DNA of 64,000 nucleotides from Octopus sinensis (Eukaryota), in NCBI RefSeq assembly GCF_006345805.1, contig NC_043006.1, positions 97,774,001 through 97,838,000 on the forward strand. Reading direction: 5' to 3'. The position numbers and the translations under genes are program-made. The notes below the pieces were generated by a model. The model was not told the origin of the DNA and made no database searches. It saw only the letters and a program-made list of their open reading frames with translations. Positions 53,862-64,000 of this stretch are shown here, in pieces; within the stretch, counting starts at the first letter, position 1, and every line of letters starts with the position of its first letter.

Positions 53862-54185
53862 GGTAGTTTTAGCTAGTAAGTAGTTTTAGTAAGTAGTTTT
53901 AGTTTTAGCTAGTAAGTAGTTTTAGTGAGTAGTTTTAGCTAGTAAGCAAGTTGTTATTTATCAGTATTATTTTATAATTTTATATAATTTTATCAGTATT
54001 ATTTTATCAGTATAATTTTATTAGTATAATTTTATCAGTATTATTTTAGCTAGCAAATAGTTTTAGTAAGTAGTTTTAGTTTTAGCTAGTATGTAGTTTT
54101 AGTAAGTAGTTTTAGTTTTAGCTAGTAAGTAGTTTTAGTAAGTAGTTTTAGCTAGTAAGGCAAGTTGTTATTTATCAGTATTAGT
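53862..54185. repeat. Composite minisatellite (TAGTAAGTAGTTT / TTTATCAGTATTA units) in two tandem super-blocks
   Basis: Direct inspection. Confidence 0.85.
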
Positions 54186-54677
54186 TATCATTACTAAACC
54201 GTTTAATCGCATTATCGAACTCGGTGTTCTGATTACTAGATTCCCTAAGCAGAGTAAAACATCATAGCGTAGGATGTTCTTCCGCGTTACACCAATGCAT
54301 TGCAATGTTGTCTTAACTCGCCGATGAATGATATGTTATCTAAAATAAAATCCTTTCTGACGACAGAAAACATTACGCATCAAACTTCCACCTGTTAATA
54401 AGGACTTGTATTACTGATTCGATCTCTCTCTCATTCCATTGATGATCACTTTGTTTGTAGTTTTACTGATTGAAAAGTATGATTACGATATGTTTTTCTA
54501 TTTTCCGACATGGAAACTATTTAGACAGAATTATATCCGACCTCTTACAGCGAGAGCAGTAGACACCGAGAGGAAGCAATATCTAAGTGTGTGTGTGTGT
54601 GTGTCAATGTATATGCGTGTGTGTGCGTGCGTGCGTATGTGTGTGAGTGAGTGTGCATGAGTGTGTATGTATACATG

Positions 54678-54735
<58 letters not shown>

Positions 54736-54803
54736 GTAGATCCCGGGTTGAGTCGGGGTTAACCACAGTAAATAAGGTACTCAATACATAGCAGAGTAAA
54801 TTA

Positions 54804-54965
54804 ATTTATTTTATAGAAGGAGCTTCTACAGGACTAGAACTGTTTCATTCAGAAGAAATATAGGAAGCTAGGTGACAAGAATCTTGTCACCTAGCTCCTG
54901 ATGATTTCTTCTGAATGAATGAACAGTTCTAGTCCTGTAGAAGCTCCTTCTATAAAAAAATAAAT
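54804..54965. repeat. Palindrome with arms of about 78 bp and a partial hammerhead-like core (CTGATGA 54898-54904)
   Basis: The arms are reverse complements; stem I of the hammerhead is not supported. Confidence 0.8.
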
Positions 54966-55569
54966 ATATATATATATATATATATATACATACTCTCCCA
55001 TATACATATACATATACACACGTGTGTGTGTGAGTGTATGGAGAATGAGTCAGAAGGAAGAGCAGAGAGTGAAATAATGATAAAAGTAGTGAATGCACAT
55101 CCTTAAAGTTTCGAATCTAGACACAATGAGTTTTAGAAATTAAATAAAATTTATCAGTTATCCGACATATTTCTGGTTACTAAAATATGAGTAGAAGACT
55201 GATTTTAATCATACATGTGACGGAAAATGCTATAAACCTGTTCAAATCTTATTTGGATGTAATTAAATACTTTGTTTCAGTTAAAACACACAAAAATCAC
55301 TGCACGAATGTGCACCCGTACCATACGCGCTTTGACTGATTAATAAATATGTGTGCTTATGTAAAGATAGCATTACGCAAATACAGTTCGCATATAAAAG
55401 CATGCATATATACATGAATACATATGCAAACAGACTTGCTTTGATAAATACGCCTGCTCCGACGGTAACCGTTCTGGCGTGAATGTTCATTTTGTTTTTT
55501 ATATATATGCGTGCAAGCCCCACGAGAATCTGCCTCGCATATGGATATATATATATATATATATATATA

Positions 55570-55962
55570 TTACTCTTTTACTCTTTTACTTGTTTCAGTC
55601 ATTTGACTGCGGCCATGCTGGAGCACCACCTTTAATCGAGCAGATCGACCCCGGGACATATTTTTGTAAACCCAGTACTTATTCTATCGGTCTCTTTTTG
55701 CCGAACCGCTAGGTGACGGGGACGTAAACACACCAGCATCGGTTGTCAAGCGATGGTGGGAGGACAAACACAGACACACAAACATACATGTGTATATATA
55801 TAAGGCTTCTTTCAGTTTCCGTCTACCAAATCCACTCACAAGGCATTGGTCGGCCAAAGGCTATAGCAGAAGACACTTGCCCAAGATGCCACGCAGTGGG
55901 ACTGAACCCGGAACCATGTGGTTGGTAAGCAAGCTACTTACTACACAGCCACTCCTGCGCCT
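55570..55962 (-). mobile_element. SINE family A
   Basis: Reverse-complement homology. Confidence 0.95.
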
Positions 55963-55974
55963 ATATGTATATAT

Positions 55975-56190
55975 AACAATAAACGTCGCTCTTTTCAAGC
56001 TTAGCCAGGCTCATGGGCACGGTTTCCCGGTTTCTGTGGCGTATGTGTTCCCCCCACCTGGACGGGACGCCAGTCCGCCGCAGCGTTACCCAAGAAACAG
56101 GAAGAGAGAGAGGAGTGAAAGTTGTGGCGAAAGAGTACAACCAGAGTCCCCATCACTCCCTGCCTCCTGGAGCTTTCAGGTGTTTTCGCT
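55975..56190 (-). mobile_element. SINE with V-like core (5'-truncated)
   Basis: Minus strand AACGCTGCGGCGGACTGGCGTCCCGTCCAGGTGG; the upstream part is shared with 30630-30690. Confidence 0.7.
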
Positions 56191-56223
56191 CAATAGATAC
56201 ACACAACGCCCAGTTATATATAT

Positions 56224-56261
<38 letters not shown>

Positions 56262-56268
<7 letters not shown>

Positions 56269-56653
56269 AGTGAAGTTGTGTGTGTCTGTCTCCTACGATT
56301 TAGATTCCTAACTACTCCCACATTTTGCGGTGCAGTTTAACCAAAACCGGGTATCTTATAGTCGTGATTCATATCGAGCCCATCTGGGTATTAGCGCGCG
56401 TCTCCGATGAGACTACGATTTAAAAAAAATTTACCATCGTTTTTTTTCCATTTTAATGCATTTTTCGCTATTATATAAGGAAAGTAACTCTCTAAAAATG
56501 TCTACGATGAGTCAACGATTTAAAAAAAAATTTACCATAATTTTTTTTCCATTTTTAATGCATTTTTTTGCTATTTTTTGGCTATAACTCTCTAAAGATG
56601 CTTATATAGTTATTTCCCTTACAAACCCGAGCAACGCCGGACGATACTGCTAG

Positions 56654-56654
<1 letters not shown>
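56262..56654 (-). mobile_element. Non-autonomous Helitron-like element (Lep1/DINE style), family H2
   Basis: Homologous to 59406-59803. Confidence 0.8.
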
Positions 56655-56684
<30 letters not shown>

Positions 56685-57152
56685 AGAACGTGAGCTCACT
56701 TTCTATTCAACAAAACTAAAAGAAGAAAGAAAATACTTACAGATCATTTCGCCTTGTTGTGTGCATGGTAACTGCTTCATTATTGATTAGACTAAATTTA
56801 CATGTCTAGCTGCGATTTAAATCTTGAATGAAAGGTAATGTAGAGGTTGAGAAAGCAACAATTATCTGATGGTGTATCAATTTAACTGAGGGAATAACCC
56901 AAATAACACATCATTAGCTAAGGAAATACATCGCTAAAGATACACTGGAAAAGGAATGGCTATTGTGTTTCGACAGGAACAATTCAATAACAATTGATAT
57001 GTCAAGCTCAACATATTTTATGCTAATTCAAGTGTACGGTATAGATTTCCAAGCTGAAACAGAAACAAAGAAACACACACATATATTTATGAATAAAAGC
57101 TGTTAAGTGTTGACATGAACGAAACTATATCTGAATAAACTCATATATTTAA

Positions 57153-57244
<92 letters not shown>

Positions 57245-57246
<2 letters not shown>

Positions 57247-57347
57247 TAGCAGTATCGCCCGGCGTTGCTCGGGTTTGTAAGAGAAATAACTATATAAGCA
57301 TTTTTAGAGAGTTATAGCCAAAAAATAGCAAAAAAATGCATTAAAAA
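57245..57347 (+). mobile_element. Helitron-like family H2, 5' fragment
   Basis: ACTAGCAGTATCGCCCGGCGTTGCTCGGG start. Confidence 0.8.
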
Positions 57348-57398
57348 TCGACAAAGAAGCTTCCAAGCAAACACTTCAAATGCCGCAAATGAATTCAC

Positions 57399-57443
57399 CT
57401 GTTCTGGAAGACATCATGTTCGCAGCTCCGGCAGCTCCGGCAG
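57399..57443 (-). CDS. Candidate 45-nt exon, gene unknown
   Basis: Minus strand gtggctttctcag|CTGCCGGAGCTGCCGG..CCAGAACAG|gtgaat; GC-rich; two open frames. Confidence 0.3.
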
Positions 57444-58100
57444 CTGAGAAAGCCACACGCTAAGAAGACAGCGACGCAGGCTCTGAATAAACTTAATCTA
57501 CTTCTCAGTGCTTTAAAATACGATTTAAAATATAAAGTCTATTGTTAATTATAAGCGTAAAATTTCAAATTTCCCCGTAAAAGTTAGGCAAGTTTCTTTA
57601 GTATTGTGCTATTACGGATCTATGCAAACGGGTGCTTGGATATTTTCAAATGCAGAAAACCAAAGATTTATCTATTTTTTCTTTCATTTAAGGTATTTTA
57701 TACGAATCTATTATCAAATATTTATATCTCTAATTTCGCATACAATATGTGTTTGTTTTAGCTCGCATGTTACTTCTGGATAAAAGATATTAAATAGAAA
57801 CACACACGCACATACACACACACATGCATGTGTATACACATATATGCAAACATATGTATATTTTGAGGGAGACATCATTCGTCACTTCATGGGACTTTTC
57901 ACACATCATATTTTGGAATTCATCCGGGAAGACTATTTGTACCTATGGTGCATCACAGCTCTTTCTTACAGAAATTTCACCTACGAGGTATCGATCAGTG
58001 ATAGATCGAAACAATCGCTGTGGCTTGTAATAGAGAATCTCGTGAATTCCATTTTCTTTCTCTCATATTTTACATACATGCATACATATATACATATATA

Positions 58101-58330
58101 TTTCTTTACTACCCACAAGGGGCTAAACATAGAGGGGACAAACAAGGATAGACAAAGGGATTAAGTCGATTACATCGACCCAGTACGAAACTGGTACTTT
58201 TTTTATCGACCCCGAGAGGATGAAAGGCAAAGTCGACCTCGGCGGAATATGAACTCAGAACGTAACGACAGACGAAATACCGCTAAGCATTTCGCCCCGC
58301 GCGCTAACGTTTTTGCCAGCTCGCCGCCTT
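58101..58330 (-). mobile_element. SINE family C (tRNA-like head plus Nin/Deu-like core)
   Basis: Minus strand GGCGGCGAGCTGGC..GAGTTCATATTCC..CCTTTCATCCTCTCGGGGTCGATAAA..GTACCAG. Confidence 0.85.
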
Positions 58331-58708
58331 GTAGGTATACATACATATATATATATATACATGCGTACATGCATACACACGCGATGGACTCTCTTGTCGA
58401 AGACGACGTATGATTTGTTTATAGCGATCAAATCTTCGTGCCGCACATTAGCTCACTTTATCCATTAACTCCACTGAACAGGTTTCTAAACAGGTGTCTG
58501 GACAGATGCAAGATGTACCAGGAGTCAGGTGTCGAATTGATAGCAAAGCAACGTGAGCTGAAGTGATTTGCTCAAAAATGCAAGGCACCGTCCGTTCTAG
58601 GAATTGAAATCCCGATCGCTAGATAATGTGTGCAAACACCCAACCACCAAGGCATACGCCCTCACACACAAGTACATACATACAAACAACGTGCATACAT
58701 GCATACAA

Positions 58709-58755
<47 letters not shown>

Positions 58756-58784
58756 CTTATATATATTATATATATATATATAGT

Positions 58785-58990
58785 ATGTGACCTCGTCTGT
58801 ATCACTAGCGATTTGTTTTCCTCTGTCTTCCCTTCTCTGGATCTTTCCTTCTCCTATGTTTCCGACGAAGAGCTCCGCTCGAAACGTCGTGCCCTCCTTC
58901 TTCCCTTCTTTCCTGAGCGTCCAATAATACTTTATTTGTTCCACATCCTTGCGTTGTTGTCTTTTTGTTTTCTTGTTTGGATTAACTTTA
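58785..58990 (+). mobile_element. PLE pLTR-like fragment with degenerate hammerhead (58855-58893)
   Basis: CCGACGA A GAGC TCC GCTC GAAAC GTC; stem I is lost. Confidence 0.6.
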
Positions 58991-59405
58991 TATATATATA
59001 TATATATATATAAATTAGAAAAAACACACCTTTTATCAATTCAATAATGAAAAATTAAATTATACCATTACTTAGAAAAATTACATCTTATAATATAAAA
59101 CATATAACAATGATTAAGTAATGTGAAAAATAGTAAATAATAAATATATATATATATATATAAATTAGAGAAAAACCACTATTATGCAATTCACACAATG
59201 ATCGACATAATATATATAAAAGAAACTATAAATCCTAAATATTCTCCACAAACAGATTTCATAAGCAAACGATACACCTATTAATAGAAGGTGTTTTTGC
59301 TCAGCAAGTGTCTATATGCTTAGAATAGTTATGCATATTTGTTCATTTATATGATTATCTAGAAAACATAAAGCAGTTTTCAGTACTTTATTTCGCTTAT
59401 ATACA

Positions 59406-59803
59406 ACTAGCAGTATTGCCCGGCGTTGCTCGGGTTTGTAAGGGAAATAACTATATAAGCATTTTTAGAGATGTAAAGAATAATAGCCATCTCAATATGG
59501 CTAACCACAAAGGGGGGGGGTGTTACTGTAGCTTTTTACGTTCTGAGTTTTAATAATAAATTTTTAGAGAGTTACTTCCCTTATATATACCAAAAATGCA
59601 TTAAAAATGGGAAAACTTGATGGTAAATTTTTTTTTAAATCGTAGGCTCATCGTAGACGCGCGCTAATACCCAGAAGGGCTCGATATGAATCACGACTAT
59701 AAGATACCCGTTTTGGTTAAACTGCACCGCAAAATGTGGGAGTAGTTAGGAATCTAAATCGTAGGAGACAGACAGCACACAACCTCACTTTTATATATAA
59801 AGA
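59406..59803 (+). mobile_element. Helitron-like family H2, complete
   Basis: ACTAGC..CCCGGCGTTGCTCGGG start and GACAGACAG..CACTTTTATATATAAAGAT end. Confidence 0.8.
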
Positions 59804-60654
59804 TAATGAAAGGAACGGTCACATCGTATCTGAAATAGGATCCTGGCACATGCTAGCATGCACTCTGTACAAGATGTAAATTGTTTGTCGAACGAGTAGA
59901 GGCTTGTGAGGTTGAAGTGGACGCCTCGATTTTCGCTTGACAAGGAGCACATGACCACCTCACTAGTCCACGTGAAATGTACCCAGGAAATAAAAGTTTG
60001 AAAGACAAGGAATGGAGACTTCGAATTCGGGAGGAGTCTTTAGCATTCATATCCTGAAGATGATATTACATATAGATATATATTTAATATAAAAATAAAA
60101 ACCATTCCGTTGCCCAAACGCGAACATCGGAAGCTTTCTGCAATAGATTTCAATATCAATTACATTAATTCAAGATTTGTTATAATACTAGGCTAGCATA
60201 TTTTTCCCATATAACATGTATCTAGGTTAGAATTAATGCTGCTTTCTTCAGGCTTATTAATAGTGTTTTGAAAATTATAGAATCTCATTAAAAGTAAATG
60301 AAAGATAATCGGAAATTTCACCTGTTATTAATTATAAAGAGAGCTAGAGTGTGTACCATGTTTATGAACAAGAGATAATACGACATATCTGAAGATTTAT
60401 TTCTCTGGTCTTTTCTCTGAGAAGTAATGGCTTCTTTACATTAACAGGAAATGTCAAAGACAAAACAGAGCTTCGCACTCAACTATTTATTACTACACTT
60501 TGGCAAGTTAATTATTAAATACTTCTCTAAACTACCAAGAAAAATATTGAAATATCTTAGAAGTCTTTAGCGTTGTCGAAAAAGATGTTAGAGATAGCAA
60601 CCAATACATCCTCAAATTACATTTCACCATCTTAAAATACAACAAACAATACCC

Positions 60655-60690
60655 ATATGCGCAGGAGTGGCTGTGTGGTAAGTAGCTTGT
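60655..60690 (+). mobile_element. 5' part of a SINE family A copy split by an insertion
   Basis: GCGCAGGAGTGGCTGTGTGGTAAGTAGCTTGT; continues at 62894. Confidence 0.9.
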
Positions 60691-62893
60691 CTAACACACA
60701 TGCGCAGTTAGTCAGTTGCTTCCTGTTCAGCCAGAGTGGACGCGAGTCAACCAGCTCCGTCCAATTAAAGAAAAAAGACCAAAAACGGAAAGTTGTCGAG
60801 GTAAGTGATTTTGTTTATTGTGAGTTGGGCATAATTTATTGCGTACCAATTATTATTTCAGTAAGTTGTGTCCAACTCTGAGACACAACTGCCGTTTTTG
60901 TGTTCATTGAAAAAAAAAAAAGAAAAAACAGTGGAGGGGCGTATCCTCAGAATTCAATACAGTTACTGTTAAAATTACCGTTGGCGGTAGCCAGTGCTGT
61001 GTTTGGGTTTGTTGAATTTATTCCCTTGTCAGAGTACTTCGCAAGAAAATTATAAAAATAAGCCACTATTGGATTACCTTTCGGACCCATTTTTGTGGAG
61101 GTTGTGTTGCAGGCCGGGAGTACCGCAAGGCCAGAATATTTTTGCTGTGTTTTTTCTGTTTATTAACTTTCTTTTGAACTTCATTTAACCCCCCTTTTAT
61201 TTTTTTTCTTTGTGGCGACTTTCCGTTAATTTCTTCCATTCTGTTGTGCTTTCTCCTTTTTGTTTTTTCAAAAATCTATCAAATTTTATTTGGACTTTTG
61301 AACTTTTTTCTTCCTGCTTTTTGAGTTTAATTTGAATATATTTAAAAAAAAACATGGCAACGAAAAATAACAAAATTTTGGAGTGGGAAATCATACCACC
61401 TAAAAAGTGGTTAAAAGACCGTGAAGATAGGACGGTGGTGTTGAGAACCTACTCCAAGGCACTTGACACCATCGCCCTATTCGAAAAGACGGCAATTGAA
61501 AAGGAGTTGGAAGAGTATTTGCCAACAATTAAATTCATTTCCAGGGGTGTCAAATATGCAACGGTGTGGTTGCTATTTGACACCCCTGAAGAGGCTTGCA
61601 AATTTGCTAGCAAACCCCTGGAGGGTAAGGAAATCTTATTCCTGCCCACGTACAAAAAAAAGAAATTGATGAAAGCTTGGATCTGCGGACTGCCACCCGA
61701 CATAGAACCCGAGTGGATAGAGGAGACTATCCGCCGGGGTCTGGGTGACAGCGAAACTAAGCTCCTCAATGTAAAAGTTCTTCCTGCGGCTGCTTGGGTT
61801 GGGTCAAAAGCAATTTTGACCCTGTGGACCCAATCAGCCAATCAGGTTCTTCCAGATTTTTTGAAAATGGCCGGGTGCAGGTACCCGGTGATGCTTGAGG
61901 GTCGCCCCCTAAGTATCATCGGTGCTTGGAGTCCGGCCACATAAAGAAGAACTGTCCTCGGGAACAAAAGAGGATCTCGGAACAGTTAAGTAAAACCCCT
62001 CTAGAAGAGGGAACGATAACGGCCGAGAAAGCAGAGGACTCCTCAAACAGAGGCCGAAAGAGGAAGGTGAGCAACAATGGGTGCTCACCAAAGGATAATA
62101 GGGATGAGGAGAGGAAGGCGAATCTTCCAGCCACGGAGGAGACGCACCCTCCCTCAGTTGAAAAGGGAAAAAAAAAGAAAAAGAGGAAGAAAAACGGGAC
62201 ATTACCGGCTGTCAGTGTAGCACCGGAATGTCCCGGAACTACGTCGGTTGGGGTTGTGCCACCGACAAGAGAAGGAATACCGTTGGCGGGAACTGTGCCG
62301 CCAACGAAAGAACTGAACGTATTGGTCCTCTTCTATAGAGGAGGAGAAATTGAAAAAGTGATGGAAGAGCACTACAAGGGAGCACCTTTAGCCTTCACAC
62401 AGGACCCCGAATGGCCTCCGCTGGTAGCTGTGGAGGCCGTGGCGTTCGACGTGACGCTAGGGCTAAAGGAGCTCAATGAAGATTATAACTTGGTCCCGGG
62501 CGACGCGAACTCGGAACTTGACTACGTTCTGAGGGAGGCGTGGTTGATGGTGGAGGGCGCGGGCACAAGCTATTTCGAGGACGATATGTATTATTAGCAA
62601 TGGACTTAAGTCCAAAAATTGAAAAATTGTAAAGGATTAATACCTCGTTTTGTATTAATAATGGACTGCTAAGTCCAAAAATTGAAAAATTGTAAGAGGT
62701 TTAATACCTCGTTTTGTGTTTATCTTTTTTAAAAAGAACAATGTTTTAGAGAAGCAAAAGTCGGCGGGCGCTTTCTGTCTTCTCCCATCGTTATCATCTT
62801 TCTTTCATTATCATTCACCTCATTAATGTCCTCGTCCAGCCCGCAAAGCTAACTTAATCTGTGTACTGCCTTTATGGCAAATGTTTTGAAATA
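60691..62893 (+). mobile_element. ORF1-only (HAL1-like) non-autonomous non-LTR retroelement, 2203 bp, 11-bp TSD AAGTAGCTTGT
   Basis: TSD at 60680-60690 and 62894-62904; a single ORF1/gag-like reading frame; no RT or endonuclease; ends ..GAAATA(AA). Confidence 0.8.
61354..62597 (+). CDS. L1/Tx1-type ORF1-like protein (RRM-like region plus CCHC knuckle), one frameshift near 61910; about 414 aa if restored
   Basis: ORFs 61354-61944 and 61926-62597 join if one C is added in the C-run at 61905-61909. The knuckle reads (Y)HRCLESGHIKKNC; also AWICGLPPDI motif and a basic NLS-like stretch. Confidence 0.7.
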
Positions 62894-63278
62894 AAGTAGC
62901 TTGTTTCCCAACCACATGGTTCCGGGTTTAGTCCCACAGCGTGGCACCTTGGGAAAGTGTCTTCTACTATAGCTTCAGGCTGACCAAAGCCTTGTGAGTG
63001 GAAACTGAAAGAAGCCCGTCGTATATATGTATATATATATGTGTGTGTGTGTGTGTGCGTGTGTGTTTGAGTGTCTGTGTTTGTCCTCCTAGCATTGCTT
63101 GACAACCGATGCTGGTGTGTTTACGTCCCCGTCACTTAGCGGTTTGGCAAAAGAGACCGATAGAATAAGTACTAGGCTTACAAAGAATAAGTCCCGGGGT
63201 CGAGTTGCTCGACTAAATGCGGTGCTCCAGCATGGCCGCAGTCAAATTACTGAAACAAGTAAAAGAGAAAAAAAAATA
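62894..63278 (+). mobile_element. 3' part of the split SINE family A copy
   Basis: Resumes exactly at the duplicated 11-mer. Confidence 0.9.
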
Positions 63279-63549
63279 TGACAAAATAATAGGAGACTCT
63301 TGTCTGGAATGCCTTTGTTTATATGCTTGAAGCTAAGCAACAAGAAATAATGTTATGCGAAAATAGTTAAAACTTAATAGGTACGTTTAATTATTAGTCT
63401 ACTATGTCTCCTTCGATTCATTTTGTTCTTTCAATCCTTGGCCTTCAGGTATACTATCGCTGCACATTCAAATTATTTTAGTTGATTACAGCCTGTAGTT
63501 TGTACAAATATTCATATTTATTTTGTTCTAAGGCAGAGAGGTTGCAAAA

Positions 63550-64000
63550 TTATTAGTGTGCCGAGGAAAATGCTTGGTGATATTTCATCCGTCTTTTAAA
63601 TTCTACTCAGTTTGACTTTACCTTTCATCATTTAGCAGTCGATAGAATAAGTACCGGTTGGTTACTGGGGTCGATGGAATCGACTTACCCACCTCTCATG
63701 AAATCGCTGGTCGTGTGTTAAAATTTGAATCTAATATTTATTTTATTCAGCGCGATGAGCTGGCAGAACAGTAAGCACGTCGAGTAAAGTGCTTAGGTAG
63801 GTAGGCATGTACAGAGAGAAGGAGGAGAAAGAGAAAGAGAGAGTGAGAGAGACAGACAAAAAGAGAGGGATAACGAGAAAGAGAGAAAGAGATAGGAAGG
63901 GACCTGGAGAAGAATAAACTCCACTTGACCGGGACTCTGTCGATCCACAGAGGATAAAAGAACAAAGTGGACATCGATGGCATTTGAACTCAGAGTAAAG
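63550..64000. mobile_element. Degenerate SINE family C fragments
   Basis: GTCGATAGAATAAGTACC..GGGGTCGATGGAATCGACT core (+), a head at about 63750 (+) and a body fragment at about 63920-64000 (-). Confidence 0.6.

Noticed and set aside
60801-61325. Possible intron in the 5' UTR of the ORF1-only element (GAG|GTAAGT donor)
   Set aside because: The only nearby acceptor is a weak GAG and there is no transcript evidence.
61449-62202. Minus-strand ORFs overlapping the ORF1-like gene
   Set aside because: Antisense shadows with no recognisable motifs.

Overview
This is an AT-rich, microsatellite-saturated eukaryotic window. Its SINE families and repeat style suggest an octopus (cephalopod) genome; this is inferred, not verified by a search. 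It is almost entirely mobile DNA: about 15 copies of one tRNA-derived SINE, other SINE families with Nin/Deu-, Meta- and V-like cores, R4/Dong RLE LINE fragments inside (ATT)n and (CATA)n tracts, RTE and CR1 fragments, Penelope-like (PLE) RT/GIY-YIG and pLTR remnants, mariner, DD41D and hAT fossils, and Lep1/DINE-like Helitron derivatives. No host gene can be called with confidence; a few candidate exons are listed at low confidence. Highlights, all read by eye: (1) a young 486-489 bp tandem array at 8.7-11.1 kb in which every unit carries an intact type I hammerhead ribozyme (retrozyme-like), with an inverted 5' copy; (2) many other hammerhead motifs, including an apparent A3-U8 compensatory core variant and a head-to-head palindromic pair; (3) a complete 2.2 kb ORF1-only (HAL1-like) retroelement inserted with an 11-bp target-site duplication (TSD) into a tRNA-derived SINE head. 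Coordinates of degenerate repeats are approximate.
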